Origin: Nemertoderma westbladi
Taxonomy: Eukaryota; Animalia; Xenacoelomorpha
Direction of reading: 5' to 3'
Length of the DNA stretch: 64,000 nucleotides
Assembly: GCA_032718475.1 (NCBI GenBank)
Contig: JAUCBJ010001297.1
Coordinates: 60,824-124,823 of the forward strand
Under the pieces are notes generated by a model. The model was not told where the DNA came from, made no database searches, and was given only the letters and a program-made list of their open reading frames with translations. The position numbers and the translations under genes are program-made. Positions 1 to 10,915 of this stretch are shown one piece after another. The stretch's first letter is position 1, and the number at the start of each line of letters is the position of its first letter.

Positions 1-1373
1 GCGTCCCGGTTGTCATCAGCAGTGGTGCGCACCACTGAGCAGGCGTTTGAAGGGCTTGAGATTATCCCAAAAGCCTGGATGGTCATCCAGTACTCCACCG
101 GTTTCTGGTTGAGGTCTCCTTCAGGCCACCACAGAAATCGTAGGCTATCTCGATCCCTATCCAGTGCCTTGACTTGTAAGAACATGCCTTCTATATCTGA
201 GGTGAAAGCGACTGAATATTGTCTTAATCTTAGGAGTATTCCCAACAAGGATTGGAGTAAATTGGGTCCGGGTAACAATTCGGAATTAAGGGATTGGCCC
301 ATGTAGAGGGCGGAGCCGTCAAACACTACTCGTACTTCATGAGGTTTACCGGGTTTGGGAATGTAATGGTGAGTTAAATAATACGTTCTCTCAGTTATAG
401 GTGTTTCTTCCGGTACTCGCTCCGCATATCCCTTGCTAATAAATTTCTTCAACTGCGTTTGATACATTTCTTTAGCTGAAGAATTTGCCGTAAGGCGTCG
501 ATGTTGTTGAGCAATTCTTTTCTCCGCCAAGGGTCTGTTGTTGATGAACTTTGGTTCTCGCTTTCTGAAAGGTAGACCGATTTCATATCTACCTTGATCT
601 TTAAGAAAACGTGTAGTTGTCTCTTGGATCTGCTTGGCTCTTTCTTCTTCTACTGATAGGGCCTTATCGTAGGAATTGGGCTCTACAGCCTCTTGAGTAA
701 AGAATCGTACGGCGTGTTCATCCCGGGTTTTGGCATTATAACGTTCAATGACGTCATTCAGTTCGTCGTTATAGTCATCTCGCTCCGATGGACGAATGAG
801 CTGACATAGGTTTACTTGGTTTTGCCAAGTCTCGTTTTCCGTAAGGAGATCAATGGTATTCTCCTCATCGCAGAGTTGGAGGATATCGTCGTTGTCTGAG
901 GAGTATGGAGTTCCCTCAGTTGGATCGTCTAACTCACTGCTCTCAACTTCCCATTCTCTTACTTGATATACCTGATCTTTCGGTAATCTTTCCATGAGAG
1001 TTCTACGGGAAGGGCCAGTAAAGTACCAACCCACTCTAGTTCTTCCCGCATAAGCTTGTAGTGGTTGCGGTTGAGCAGGCCGTTTCTCCAATGTCTCGAG
1101 CGCTTCATGCGCGTTTTGACCAATGAGTATTTGCACTCCAGGGTAATCGGTGTTGAATCTAGGTATTTCAAGCTGTTGGGTGAAATCGTCCTCATCCCAG
1201 TTATAAGGTTCCACTTGGCTGGTAGCGAAGTTCTTTATCGCCACCATTTTGACTGACCTTATACTATGTTCTCCTAGTTCATCCTGGGGGGTGGACAACG
1301 CGCCTACATAATAATCCGCTATTACGGTAGATTTCCAAACCTGCATAATTCCTGACATGTTTAGCTTAGTTCG
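1..1373 (-). pseudogene. pol: Protease C-terminus and RT of a second BEL/Pao family (element D), running off the left window edge
   Basis: Minus-strand translation gives VRVVFDGSA, SLNSELLPGPNLL, DIEGMFLQV and LRFLWW; the frame rejoins ...GQPKFRT (15163 side) across the GTTCG TSD. Confidence 0.9.
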
Positions 1374-1904
1374 TGTTAGCTTATTCAATCCCGCTAACAC
1401 CCCATAAAGTTAAGCCGATAAGCAATATTGGGGGCCACGAGATTGGGTAACCAATCACTCGTGTCACCCCAACAAAATGGGAAGGAGAAACACACAATGA
1501 GGGTCAGGGGCCAAACCCCTAACCCAGAGAGAACAGGTGGAGTGAACGGGAACACTCCAAAGGGCGCCAACAAGGGTATCAACCAATCAGAGGGGGGAAA
1601 GGCATCAATTAGGTATAGTAACAAGGCCAACCCGTGCAATATAGCCAGTTGGCAGTAATCATTTCAGTTCAGTTATCTCAGTATCATATTGGTGCTAGTT
1701 AGGTTAGTTAGTTTATCTAGGGAAGGACCGGGACTTAAATTACCGTTTCCCGCCTTCTGTGTACGACATCATATATCTATATCTATATCTTTTACCGGAA
1801 TATTATACGCGACAAACAACGTAAACCCTTTCACTCTTCACACACGGCGGGGACGCGTAAATTAACTAACGGATAAACCGGGATCCTCCCTGGATCCCGT
1901 CACA
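1374..1904 (+). repeat. 5' LTR of copy A
   Basis: Begins TGTTAGC and ends GTCACA; direct repeat of 14632-15162 with about 8 substitutions counted by eye. Confidence 0.97.
1583..1674 (+). promoter_or_regulatory. Candidate Pol II core promoter in the LTR
   Basis: CCAAT at 1583, AT-rich AATATA at ~1638, then TCAGTT initiator-like motifs at 1664 and 1669; B's LTR has a similar arrangement. The TSS is not verified. Confidence 0.4.
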
Positions 1905-1913
1905 GTAATTAAA
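1905..1913 (+). promoter_or_regulatory. Non-tRNA primer-binding site candidate (GTAATTAAA)
   Basis: Directly abuts the LTR end and has no TGG; reverse complement of TTTAATTAC in the LTR (14993-15001 perfect, 1735-1743 one mismatch). Confidence 0.7.
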
Positions 1914-1998
1914 CCCGTCGGTGGCACAGTAATTGAACTCAGAGCTGCCGACCTAGCTAGCTAAACAAGACTACCAGCCGCCAATCGAACCAAGCGAG

Positions 1999-4900
1999 AT
2001 GAGTCAGTCGAGAGAGACAACGCCGACGCGGACCCCGGCGAAGAGTTAACGATCCGCGAGGCCGGAACCAGGCGGTACAGGCTCACAACGCCGGACCCAT
2101 CGGTAACGGGTCACCCGGCAGTTCAGGATGAGGGGGGCCGCCTTGAACCCGAGGTCGAGCCGAGAGAAGGAGAGAGCGAGACAGAGGAGATGTCGGTACC
2201 GATGTCGCCGGCCAGCCACAGGCCGAGGGCGACGAGCGGCCCACCGAAACGGCGACGGTGGGGCCGACGGTATGACGCCGGACCCGGAGAGACGGAAGAG
2301 AGGTCGGCGACGAGGACGTCGGGGTTTCTGATCGACTTCGACGGGCCTACAATGCGACCCAGAAACTGCTAAAGGAGGCCAAAGAGGGGGCGAAGATAGA
2401 CGAGGTGAGACTGAGGAAACGACTAGGTGAGTCGAATAAACACTTTAATTATCTAATGCGCTTCGGGCAAAGAGAACTGGCCAAGGAGAGACCGAGAGGG
2501 GTTGCCGAGGAACTGTATGACTTATGGCGGTGTAGGAGTATGGAACCTAGCGTAGTGTACGTAGGGCCATACTTAGTCGATGCCCAGGGACTAAAATTAG
2601 TGGGTTGGGAGAGACCTGAGGAGGGCGAATCCGAGGTTAACCCCGAAGATTCGGCCTCATCGGTCGGAGGAAGTTCCGGGAGGCGGGGGAAAGTCAGTAG
2701 GTCGGGAAGGCGGAGGGAATCCGTCGCAACCGATAAGTCTGCTACATCCTCCGCGAAAGGAAGACGGGTGAGAGAGATAAATGCCACGTACCATCTCGAT
2801 TTGATAGAGCAAGGTCAAAGGGAAGTAGGTAGACGGTTAGAGGAGGGGAGAGTGCTGCTAGAGAGGGAAATGGCGTTGATCAAAGAAACCGGAGAGAGGG
2901 CCGAAAGGGCCGCGAGAAGCCTTAGGGAGTGTGAGGAAGTAGGGAGGAAGGAACAAGAAGAGCATGAGGCGGAACGTAGGGAACATGTAGCGAGGGAGAA
3001 AGATGAGCGCAAAGAGCGTGAGGCGGAACGTAAGGAACGTGTAGCGAGAGAGGAAAGCGAACGCAGGGAACGTGAGGCGAGAGAGGAAAACGAGTACAAA
3101 GAACACGAGGTGAGAGAGGAAAACGAGTGCAAAGAACACGAGGCGAGAGAGGAGAACGAACGCAGAGATCGTGAGGCGAGACGAAGGGAGGGGGCTAGAA
3201 GAGAGTTGGAATTGGCCGAGCGGGACGCACGGGAGTGTAGGGAGAGAATGGCAAGAAAGGAGTATGAGCGAGAAGAGCTAGAGAAACGTCAAGGTGAGCT
3301 TAGAGGGTACAAAGCTATACATACGTGCGAACGGGAATTGGCGCGAATAGGGGCGTCTGAGAGTGGGGCAGGCTCGAGTATTTTCGAGGAGCCAGGGGCT
3401 GTGGATACATTTATTAATACCCCACTTACAGGGACCGCACGACAGACCCAAGACTGGTGTGACCGTACGGGCGGGGGGGGGGGGGGGGGGTAATAATAAT
3501 GCTACAGTAGACGTCGTTAATATTAATAGTACCGTATTGGATAACCCTAATCCCTTTATTGCAGCAAATAATACTTTACCTAGTAGCAGTAATTTAAATT
3601 TAAATACAAATAATAATTTCAATTTGAACGTGCAAAATAATCCGAATAATAATTTAAATTTAGAAAATAGTAATAATTCAAATAATTTAAGTAATGATCC
3701 AAGCCCGAATTTACAAAATAATCCAAATGATTTTGTTTCAAACGAACAAATTAATTCCGTTTCCAATATGGGTGCTATTAACGTGAACACGTCGGGCGTG
3801 TATGGCCAGGCAGAAGGGGGCCTGGTAGGCCACGTAGTTGGTAGGGAGGGAGTGGCTGGGTTGGGTAGACCCAGAGAGGGCCTGGTAGGCCACGTAGTTG
3901 GTAGGCCGGAGCAGGCGGGGTTGAGCCAACCCAGAGAGGGCCTGGTAGGCCACGTAATTGGTAGGCAGGGAGTGGCTGGGTTGGGTAGACCCAGCGAGGG
4001 CCTGGTAGGCCACGTAGTTGGTAGGCAGGGAGTAGAGGGCCTGGTAGGCCATGCAATAGCAGAGGGACAGGCGGGGGTGAATAGACCCGACCGTGGTAGG
4101 GTTGATGTGTCGACTGGAGAGGGATATAGTAGCGAGGTGAGAGATAGCGAAGTTAGATGTGGCGAGTGGGGGGGGAGGGGGGGGGGCTACAGGGGCCCCA
4201 CAACAGAGAGTTAGCGGCAAAAAGGGGGGGGGGCAGAGAGTGTCCCACAGCCATCAGCGGATAATGCGCGGGCCGAAATAGGTAAACCGCAACACCCGGC
4301 GACGGAAAGCAATAGGGGAATTGCGAGTATCCCCAGCGGCGTGCGACCGAGCAGAGAGAGACAGGTTGACGTCGTAAGAGGGCGGACGAAGCATCGAGCC
4401 CGATCAGAAGAGGGAAGAAGAACAGTGGGGTTTAACCGGGAGGTCGACGAGAGATCTCACGAGCGGGAATACTCCACTGAAAGGAGAAGAAGAGAAGACA
4501 GTAGTAAAAGTATCGCCGCGAACTATAGAAGAGCGAGGACGGATAGCGAGCCGTCGGTAGTCGAGATGAGAACAGAGAGTCAGTGGGGTTGGACTCCGGG
4601 AGATTGCCGTCGCCCCGGAGAGATGCGACCTGGTGAGGCGCATTACGCGCCGATGGAGGGGTACGCGATGTACCGGTACGAAGACGAGAACAGTAGAGGG
4701 TGGGGGGTCGAAGAGAAACTTTCCGACGGAATATACCTACCGATCGAGAATACGGTAGCCGCGGGGAGGACTATTCGAGAAGAATAAACTTCGATCCCGA
4801 GCGACACATGCAGACTGTAGGACATACTGTAGGCCTTACTGCACATACCATAGGCCATACTGACAGAGGCAATGTAGGCGATAGGATAGCGCGGACGACG

Positions 4901-6611
4901 GGATTAAACCCAGAAGTCGCGGAATACATACCGGCGAGTAGGCCAGAAGCTGATAGGCCTATACCGGTACCAGTACACCAGTATGACTACAGCATGCAGG
5001 GACATAACATATACCCAGGGGAGGGGGGAATTATTGCGGATAGGTGTATGGGCCCCAACATATTAACATCAACCCCAGTACCAAACATACCGGTGGGGGG
5101 GGGGGGGACAGGGTGACATTCCCCCATCACAATATCAACAATATACCCCGATAGGAGCAAGAACAACGAGACCCTTGGATGAAAATAGGTCGTGCGACAT
5201 AGAAATATGGAGGGGGCCGCTACCCCCGATGACATATCCAAGTCAAAGGAAAGGTGGAAGTAGGACAGACGGACCGCACCAGACAGGAGTAACTATACAA
5301 CATCCATCAAACCCATTGGAAGCACAGGCGATGGGGATGGCCACGTTGATCGATGCGTTGAAAACGAGGATCGAGTTACCACCCGTGGAACCATTCAAAT
5401 TCGATGGGAGTAGGCCGGAAGAATATCTACAGTTTCGGTGCATGTATAGTAAGGAAATACTAACAAAAAACTTGACGCAGGCGGAGTGCCTAAAATATCT
5501 GCAAGTATACACGGGAGGCCCAGCATACGATATCGTGAGGCAATACCAAGGCATAGAGGGCGGCTTCACGACAGCATGGCGGGCACTGGATAGGGAATAC
5601 GGGCACCCGACCAAGATCATCAGGCAGACACTGAGAGGCATAACATCGGGTGGCCTACAGGATAATCCCGTTAGCATTAAGACGTTCGCTAACAAAGTCG
5701 AAAAGGCGCTAATCGTGCTGAAGACGCTAGACGCGCCATACGAGCTCAACGCGTCCAACAACATCACCACGATAGCGCAGGCACTACCGAACTGGCTGCG
5801 CAACAAGTGGAGGAAAATCGCTTTCTCCACTCGAGACAAGAAGGGTGTGGAACCGGGTTTAGAAGAAATGTCAAGCTTCTTAAACTATGAGGCTGAACTA
5901 ATAACTGACCCAGTCTATAGCGAAGATAGCCTGGGAAAGGGACCGAAGACGGATTACCATAGACCGAAGCCAGAGCACAATACATCAAACGCATTACCGA
6001 GGCTCAGGCAATCATTGCCATATGCAGCAATGCAGGGGACTGCAAGTCCACAGATAGCCGAAAGTAAGACCACACCATGGAACGAACAGGGGAACAATAA
6101 CAACACGAATAAATATAACCCCAGTACGTCCAGTAGGCCGAATCCAAACAATAAGAATAGTAGGGATTTTGGTACAAACGCAGCTGCGATACGCAATGCA
6201 CTGTATAAGGAGGGCTACGACCCAAAGAGCAAATGCCAGCTACACGCAAATGCGCTTCATCAGACCATGAACTGCAGGTACTGGCAGGCGCTACCTAGGC
6301 AAGATCAGATAGATTATGCGTTGAGCAATAAAATCTGCTCGCGATGTGTGATGAGTGGACATAGAGCTAGGGAATGCAAGGAGAAGCCGGTAAAGTTCGG
6401 TCAAAGGAGCGGCCAAACGATGGCAACGAGCACGGTAGGGGCGAAGAAGAGAGGAACGGTGTTACTTGGAGTAGTACCCGTGCGAGTGATTGGGGAAGGC
6501 AATCGATCAGTAACAACACTAATGCTGGTCGATAGTGGAGCTGCCTTCACATTAGTCGAGGAATGGGTGGAATGGAAAGAGATAGAACGAGGCCAAGCAG
6601 AATGGCGGTAA
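1999..6611 (+). pseudogene. gag: Frameshifted gag (very long N-terminal extension) and protease N-terminus of copy A
   Basis: ATG at 1999 matches B's ATG at 32282. Fragments 2405-3493, 3363-4214, 4341-4787, 4700-5116 and 5175-6611 join into one frame by comparison with B and C. BEL gag core (IELPPVEPFKFDGSRPEEYLQF...YLQVYTGGPA), knuckles CQLH..H..C and CSRC..H..C, protease LVDSGA. Confidence 0.88.
3817..4052 (+). repeat. In-frame coding tandem repeat (EGLVGHVVGR, 60-bp period, 5 copies)
   Basis: CCTGGTAGGCCA at 3821, 3881, 3941, 4001 and 4040; copy number differs in B and C. Confidence 0.9.
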
Positions 6612-9600
6612 CAACCATCTCTAGCAAAGATGAGATCCTGGAGATGAGAACCGGACGGTGCGCAATCGCAGCGGTGGCACCGGGATGCGACTATGGGGCA
6701 ACCATCGACCCCATCCAAGTGATAGAGTCAATTAATATCAATGCCAGGCGGCCAACCAACATCGAGGTCGAGCAATATAAATTCCTGGACGACATTGACT
6801 TCTCAATCCCAGATGTGGACGTTAGGAAGGTATCCATCATAGTAGGAATGGACTGCCCAACGGCCCACGAAAGAATGCAAACGGTCTTCGGCGAAGACAA
6901 GCAGTGTGACCCGGTGGCGATATTAACACCATTCGGGTGGACGCTGAGTGGCCCAATCAAGAGCAAGATACCATTTAGGATGTCGGAGACATCAGGATGC
7001 ATGTTCACGGGAACAATGCAGGAAATGGGTGATGAGGGAGCAGAGGAGCAGCTTAAAAGATTGCTCAGACAAGATTTCGAGGGACTGAAAGAGACCAGGG
7101 TCGGGACCTCGGTAGAAGACAAGCAGGCTTTACAAAGCGTGGAGGAATCGATGACATGCGATGAGGGGCGGTATACTATAGGGATGGTATGGAAACTACC
7201 GAAGATACCACTGCCCGATAATAGAGGGATGGTACTCACGAGACTCCGCAAGCTGAAACAAACACTAAAACGGAGCCCCGAGAAGAATGAGTACATCCAC
7301 AGAACGATTAAAAAGTACGTCGAGAAAGGATGGGCCGTGGAGTTACCGGTCGACGAACCGAACACAGACAGGACATATTACCTGCCACTCCACGTGGCTT
7401 TAGACCCAAAGAAAGGTAAACTGCGGATGGTAGTTGACGCATCGGCAAAGACCAACGGAAAATGCTTAAACGACTATCTGTTAGAAGGTCCAAACATATA
7501 CAACTCGGGCATAGAGGTCCTACTTAGATTTAGGAATGGGAAACACACCTTCACGTGTGACATAGAAGGCATGTTCAACCAAGTCCGTGTAACAGAGGAA
7601 GATAGCGATAGTCAACGCTTCTTATGGTATAACGGCGAAAAAGAACCGCCTATAATACCGGCATATAAGATGGTAGTACAAAACATGGGGGCCAAGTCGT
7701 CCTCATTTACGACGACTATGGCAGTGAGAGACACGGTAAAGGGGAAGGAAGATAGATATAGCAGTAGGGCCGTCGATATGATCCGACGCGGCTTCTACGT
7801 AGACGACGGTATGGAGTCTGGAAATACGGTTGAGGAGATACTGGAAACAGGGCGCGAGGTTCGCGACATCCTGAAAGGATCCGGCTTCAACCTGACCAAA
7901 TTCCAATCCAGTTCAGAAGAATTTATCAAGGAAATAGAAGACAAGAAACCAGGATCGACCATGGACAACCCTACAACAGCCAAAGGACAGGACATGGCGA
8001 TTAAGAGAACGGAATCCCAGCAGAAGGCATTGGGAATCGTGTGGGATAGGAAAACAGACGAACTGAAGTATCAGCTGAGCCAGGTGGGCGCAGACACCCA
8101 TACGAAGAGGGGTTATGTATCGTATATAGCAAGGATATACGATCCCCTAGGCCTAGCATCCCCACTACTAGTCACGGGGAAACAGATACTCAAGAGAGTA
8201 TATAAATTGAAGGATGAGTGGGACGTAGAGGTACCAGAGGAAATCAAGAAACAGTGGAGTAAGTGGACAGGAGACTTGGAGAAGATGGGAACATACAACA
8301 TGCCACGAGTGTATTTCCCGGATGGGAACATGACGAATCTGGACCTACACATGTTCTCCGATGCGTCATTAGAGGCGTACGGAGCGGCACTCTATTTAGT
8401 ACAACGAGAGGGGGCTCATAAGCCCAGACTAGCCTTTAGCAAAGCAAAGTCGACGCCGCCAGATTCAGCATCAGTTCCCAAATTAGAATTGACAGCTGCG
8501 AGACTAGGAGTAAGAGCCACAGCCTACCTAGTGGATACCATTCCCAACATAGTGGAGACACACTACTGGACGGACTCCATGGTAGTGCTTGGTTGGCTAC
8601 ATAACGAAAGGACGAGATACCCAATATTCGTCGCAAATAGAGTGGACGAAATAAGGGCGACCACAGAACTGGAAAGGTGGCACTACTGCCCAACGGACGA
8701 GAACCCAGCGGACTTGTTGTCGAGGGGCGTGGTACGCCACACTTTCTTGAAGAAGGAAGTATTGTGGCAACATGGGCCAGAATTTCTGAGCGATAAGGAG
8801 GCCTGGCCGCCGATGAGAAAGGTGGATCCGGGCTCAGAAGTAGTGTCAGAGGGAGAAGAAGGAGATTCAGAGGGAGAAGAGATATACTCCCAGATGGTGA
8901 GGGAGATTAGGGACGTGCAACCAAAGCAAGAACTATGCGATAACCCGACGGATAAACTCCTCAGCTACAGTTCTAGTTGGTATAATACCAAGAAATTAGT
9001 GGCGTACTGGAGAGCCTTCGGGAATTTCCTCGCGGGAGTCGGCAAAGACAAGAAGATCAGGACATCCATAGATCTGGAAGGAGCGGCCAAGGCGGTCATC
9101 CGCTATGAACAACGGAAGAACTATGGCGACGAGGTGGAAAGCGTCGGTAACCAACAGCACCTCCGACGGGACAGCGAGCTGATCACGCTGTCGCCACAAC
9201 TTAATGACGATGGGATTCTAGTAATGAATTCTAGGGTGGGATACAACAACAGCATAATCGTACCATCGAAACCCATCATCATTCCAACAGGATCGCCAAT
9301 AGTTCACCAGATTATCTGGGACTCCCATAAGTCGATATTGCACGGGGGCACCAACAGAACTCTCACGGAGATAAGGAGGACCTTTTGGGTCATACAGTTG
9401 AAGAAGAAGGTAAAAGCGGTAGTGGGGCAGTGCCAGACCTGCCGACGAGCGAAGAAGGAGCGAGCCATACAAGAGATGGCGCCACTACCAGCAAGTAGAG
9501 TAAGACAGCACGACCCGCCATTTACGCATTGTGGTGTGGACATGTTCGGGCCGATAAAGATCAAGGTGATGCGGCACACGGAGAAACGCTACGGTATCAT

Positions 9601-10435
9601 CTTCGTATGTAACAACACGCGGGCGGTAGGGATAGAACTCGCCCAAGATGCAACCGCATCAGCATTCATTAATGCCTTAGAAAGGTTTAGAGACCGCAAA
9701 GGTGGGACGATCGCAGTGATATACAGCGACAACGGCACCAACTTTGTGGGCGGAGAGAATGAGATGGCAGAGGCCTTGGACATCTTGGAAGGGGAGGAAG
9801 TCAGGGCGGCCATGAGACGACGACAAGTAAAGTGGGAGAGAAGGACGCCGTATGCACCACATACACTAGGATGCGTCGAGAAACTGGTGGGCAGTTCAAA
9901 GCGTCTAATGACAAAGCTAATGAACACCCACATGGTCACTGAGGACGTCTTACGGACAGTGCTTGCGAAGTGCGAGGGGATCATTAATAGCAGACTGCTA
10001 TACCCGGAGAATGATGACCCTGAATCACTAGACGTGCTGACGCCTAGCCATTTTCTAATGGAAAGGCCAGCGACCATCGATATGCGGGGTGTAGATCCAG
10101 ACGACATACACTCCCGCCAGAGTTGGAAAGTCGCTAAAGCAATAAGTGCCGAGTATTGGAGGAGGTGGGTTGAAGAATACCTGCCCACGCTCCATAAAAG
10201 AAGCAAGTGGAGGAAGCCGAATAGGGAGTTAAGAGAGGGAGATCTCGTAATCGTTACGGATGATACTATCATCAACAACCAATGGCGGTTGGCGAGAGTT
10301 GTAGGCACTTACTCCGATGAGGACGAAAGAGTCCGATCGGTAGAAGTGCGGATAGGTGGTAAGATAGGTGCGAAGGACAGAAAAACCTACAGGAGAGCTG
10401 TAGGGAAATGCTGTCTGTTAGAAGGGGCACCTTAG
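6563..10435 (+). CDS. pol: BEL/Pao Pol (protease C-terminus, RT, RNase H, integrase), open for 1290 aa
   Basis: RT: YYLPLH, KLRMVVDAS, LNDYLLEGPN, DIEGMF, FYVDD, DPLG. RNase H: MFSDAS..AYGA, PKLEL, YWTDS, NPAD. Integrase: H..H..CQTC, GVDMFGP, SDNGTNF, CVEK, WRLARV. Separated from gag here by a local lesion at ~6570 that B lacks. Confidence 0.97.
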   Translation: MGGMERDRTRPSRMAVTTISSKDEILEMRTGRCAIAAVAPGCDYGATIDPIQVIESININARRPTNIEVEQYKFLDDIDFSIPDVDVRKVSIIVGMDCPTAHERMQTVFGEDKQCDPVAILTPFGWTLSGPIKSKIPFRMSETSGCMFTGTMQEMGDEGAEEQLKRLLRQDFEGLKETRVGTSVEDKQALQSVEESMTCDEGRYTIGMVWKLPKIPLPDNRGMVLTRLRKLKQTLKRSPEKNEYIHRTIKKYVEKGWAVELPVDEPNTDRTYYLPLHVALDPKKGKLRMVVDASAKTNGKCLNDYLLEGPNIYNSGIEVLLRFRNGKHTFTCDIEGMFNQVRVTEEDSDSQRFLWYNGEKEPPIIPAYKMVVQNMGAKSSSFTTTMAVRDTVKGKEDRYSSRAVDMIRRGFYVDDGMESGNTVEEILETGREVRDILKGSGFNLTKFQSSSEEFIKEIEDKKPGSTMDNPTTAKGQDMAIKRTESQQKALGIVWDRKTDELKYQLSQVGADTHTKRGYVSYIARIYDPLGLASPLLVTGKQILKRVYKLKDEWDVEVPEEIKKQWSKWTGDLEKMGTYNMPRVYFPDGNMTNLDLHMFSDASLEAYGAALYLVQREGAHKPRLAFSKAKSTPPDSASVPKLELTAARLGVRATAYLVDTIPNIVETHYWTDSMVVLGWLHNERTRYPIFVANRVDEIRATTELERWHYCPTDENPADLLSRGVVRHTFLKKEVLWQHGPEFLSDKEAWPPMRKVDPGSEVVSEGEEGDSEGEEIYSQMVREIRDVQPKQELCDNPTDKLLSYSSSWYNTKKLVAYWRAFGNFLAGVGKDKKIRTSIDLEGAAKAVIRYEQRKNYGDEVESVGNQQHLRRDSELITLSPQLNDDGILVMNSRVGYNNSIIVPSKPIIIPTGSPIVHQIIWDSHKSILHGGTNRTLTEIRRTFWVIQLKKKVKAVVGQCQTCRRAKKERAIQEMAPLPASRVRQHDPPFTHCGVDMFGPIKIKVMRHTEKRYGIIFVCNNTRAVGIELAQDATASAFINALERFRDRKGGTIAVIYSDNGTNFVGGENEMAEALDILEGEEVRAAMRRRQVKWERRTPYAPHTLGCVEKLVGSSKRLMTKLMNTHMVTEDVLRTVLAKCEGIINSRLLYPENDDPESLDVLTPSHFLMERPATIDMRGVDPDDIHSRQSWKVAKAISAEYWRRWVEEYLPTLHKRSKWRKPNRELREGDLVIVTDDTIINNQWRLARVVGTYSDEDERVRSVEVRIGGKIGAKDRKTYRRAVGKCCLLEGAP

Positions 10436-10549
10436 TGGAGTTGAAGAAGAGTTTAGTCATCCAAGCTTTGGACTGAGGGGGGTGGGATTGAGGGCGAGAC
10501 GCCCTTCCCACACAAAAAAAATAGAAAATAAAAAATAAAATAATAGTAC

Positions 10550-10915
10550 ATAGTAGGTACGCAGTTAGTAGGCAGAAGTTAGCCAGTAAGAGGTACGTAG
10601 TACCATCAGTTAGTTAGTTAGAGAGTTAGAGGGTACGTAGTAGCGTTAGTTAGAGAGTTAGAGGGTACGTAGTACCGTCAGTTAATTAGTTAGAGAGTTA
10701 GATGGTACGTAGTACCGTTAGTTAGAGAGTTAGAGGGTACGTAGTACCGTTAGTTAGAGAGTTAGAGGGTACGTAGTACCGTTAGTTAAAGAGTTAGAGG
10801 GTACGTAGTACCGTTAGTTAGAGAGTTAGAGGGTACGTAGTACCGTTAGTTAGAGAGAGAGAGTAAGAGTTAGAGGGTACGTAGTACCGTTAGTTAGAGA
10901 GAGAGTAAGAGGTAG
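10550..10915 (+). repeat. Tandem array (~32-bp unit, core GAGGGTACGTAGTACC with GTTA spacers) between pol and the extra ORF
   Basis: GTAGTACC recurs at 10741, 10773 etc.; homologous arrays are present in B and C. Confidence 0.93.

Noticed and set aside
1394-1658. Small ORFs within the LTRs
   Set aside because: Not frame-conserved between the A, B and C LTRs, and no recognisable motifs.
1922-1935. TGGCACAG as a displaced tRNA PBS
   Set aside because: It lies 17 nt from the LTR end and is not conserved in copy B.
6563-6611. Programmed gag/pol frameshift in copy A
   Set aside because: B and C read through this point in one frame (WVAEEIGL.TRPSRM), so A has a private lesion.
10550-10915. Telomeric repeat or CRISPR array
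   Set aside because: TTAG-rich but not a TTAGG/TTAGGG run; no unique spacers; fixed internal position in all three element copies.
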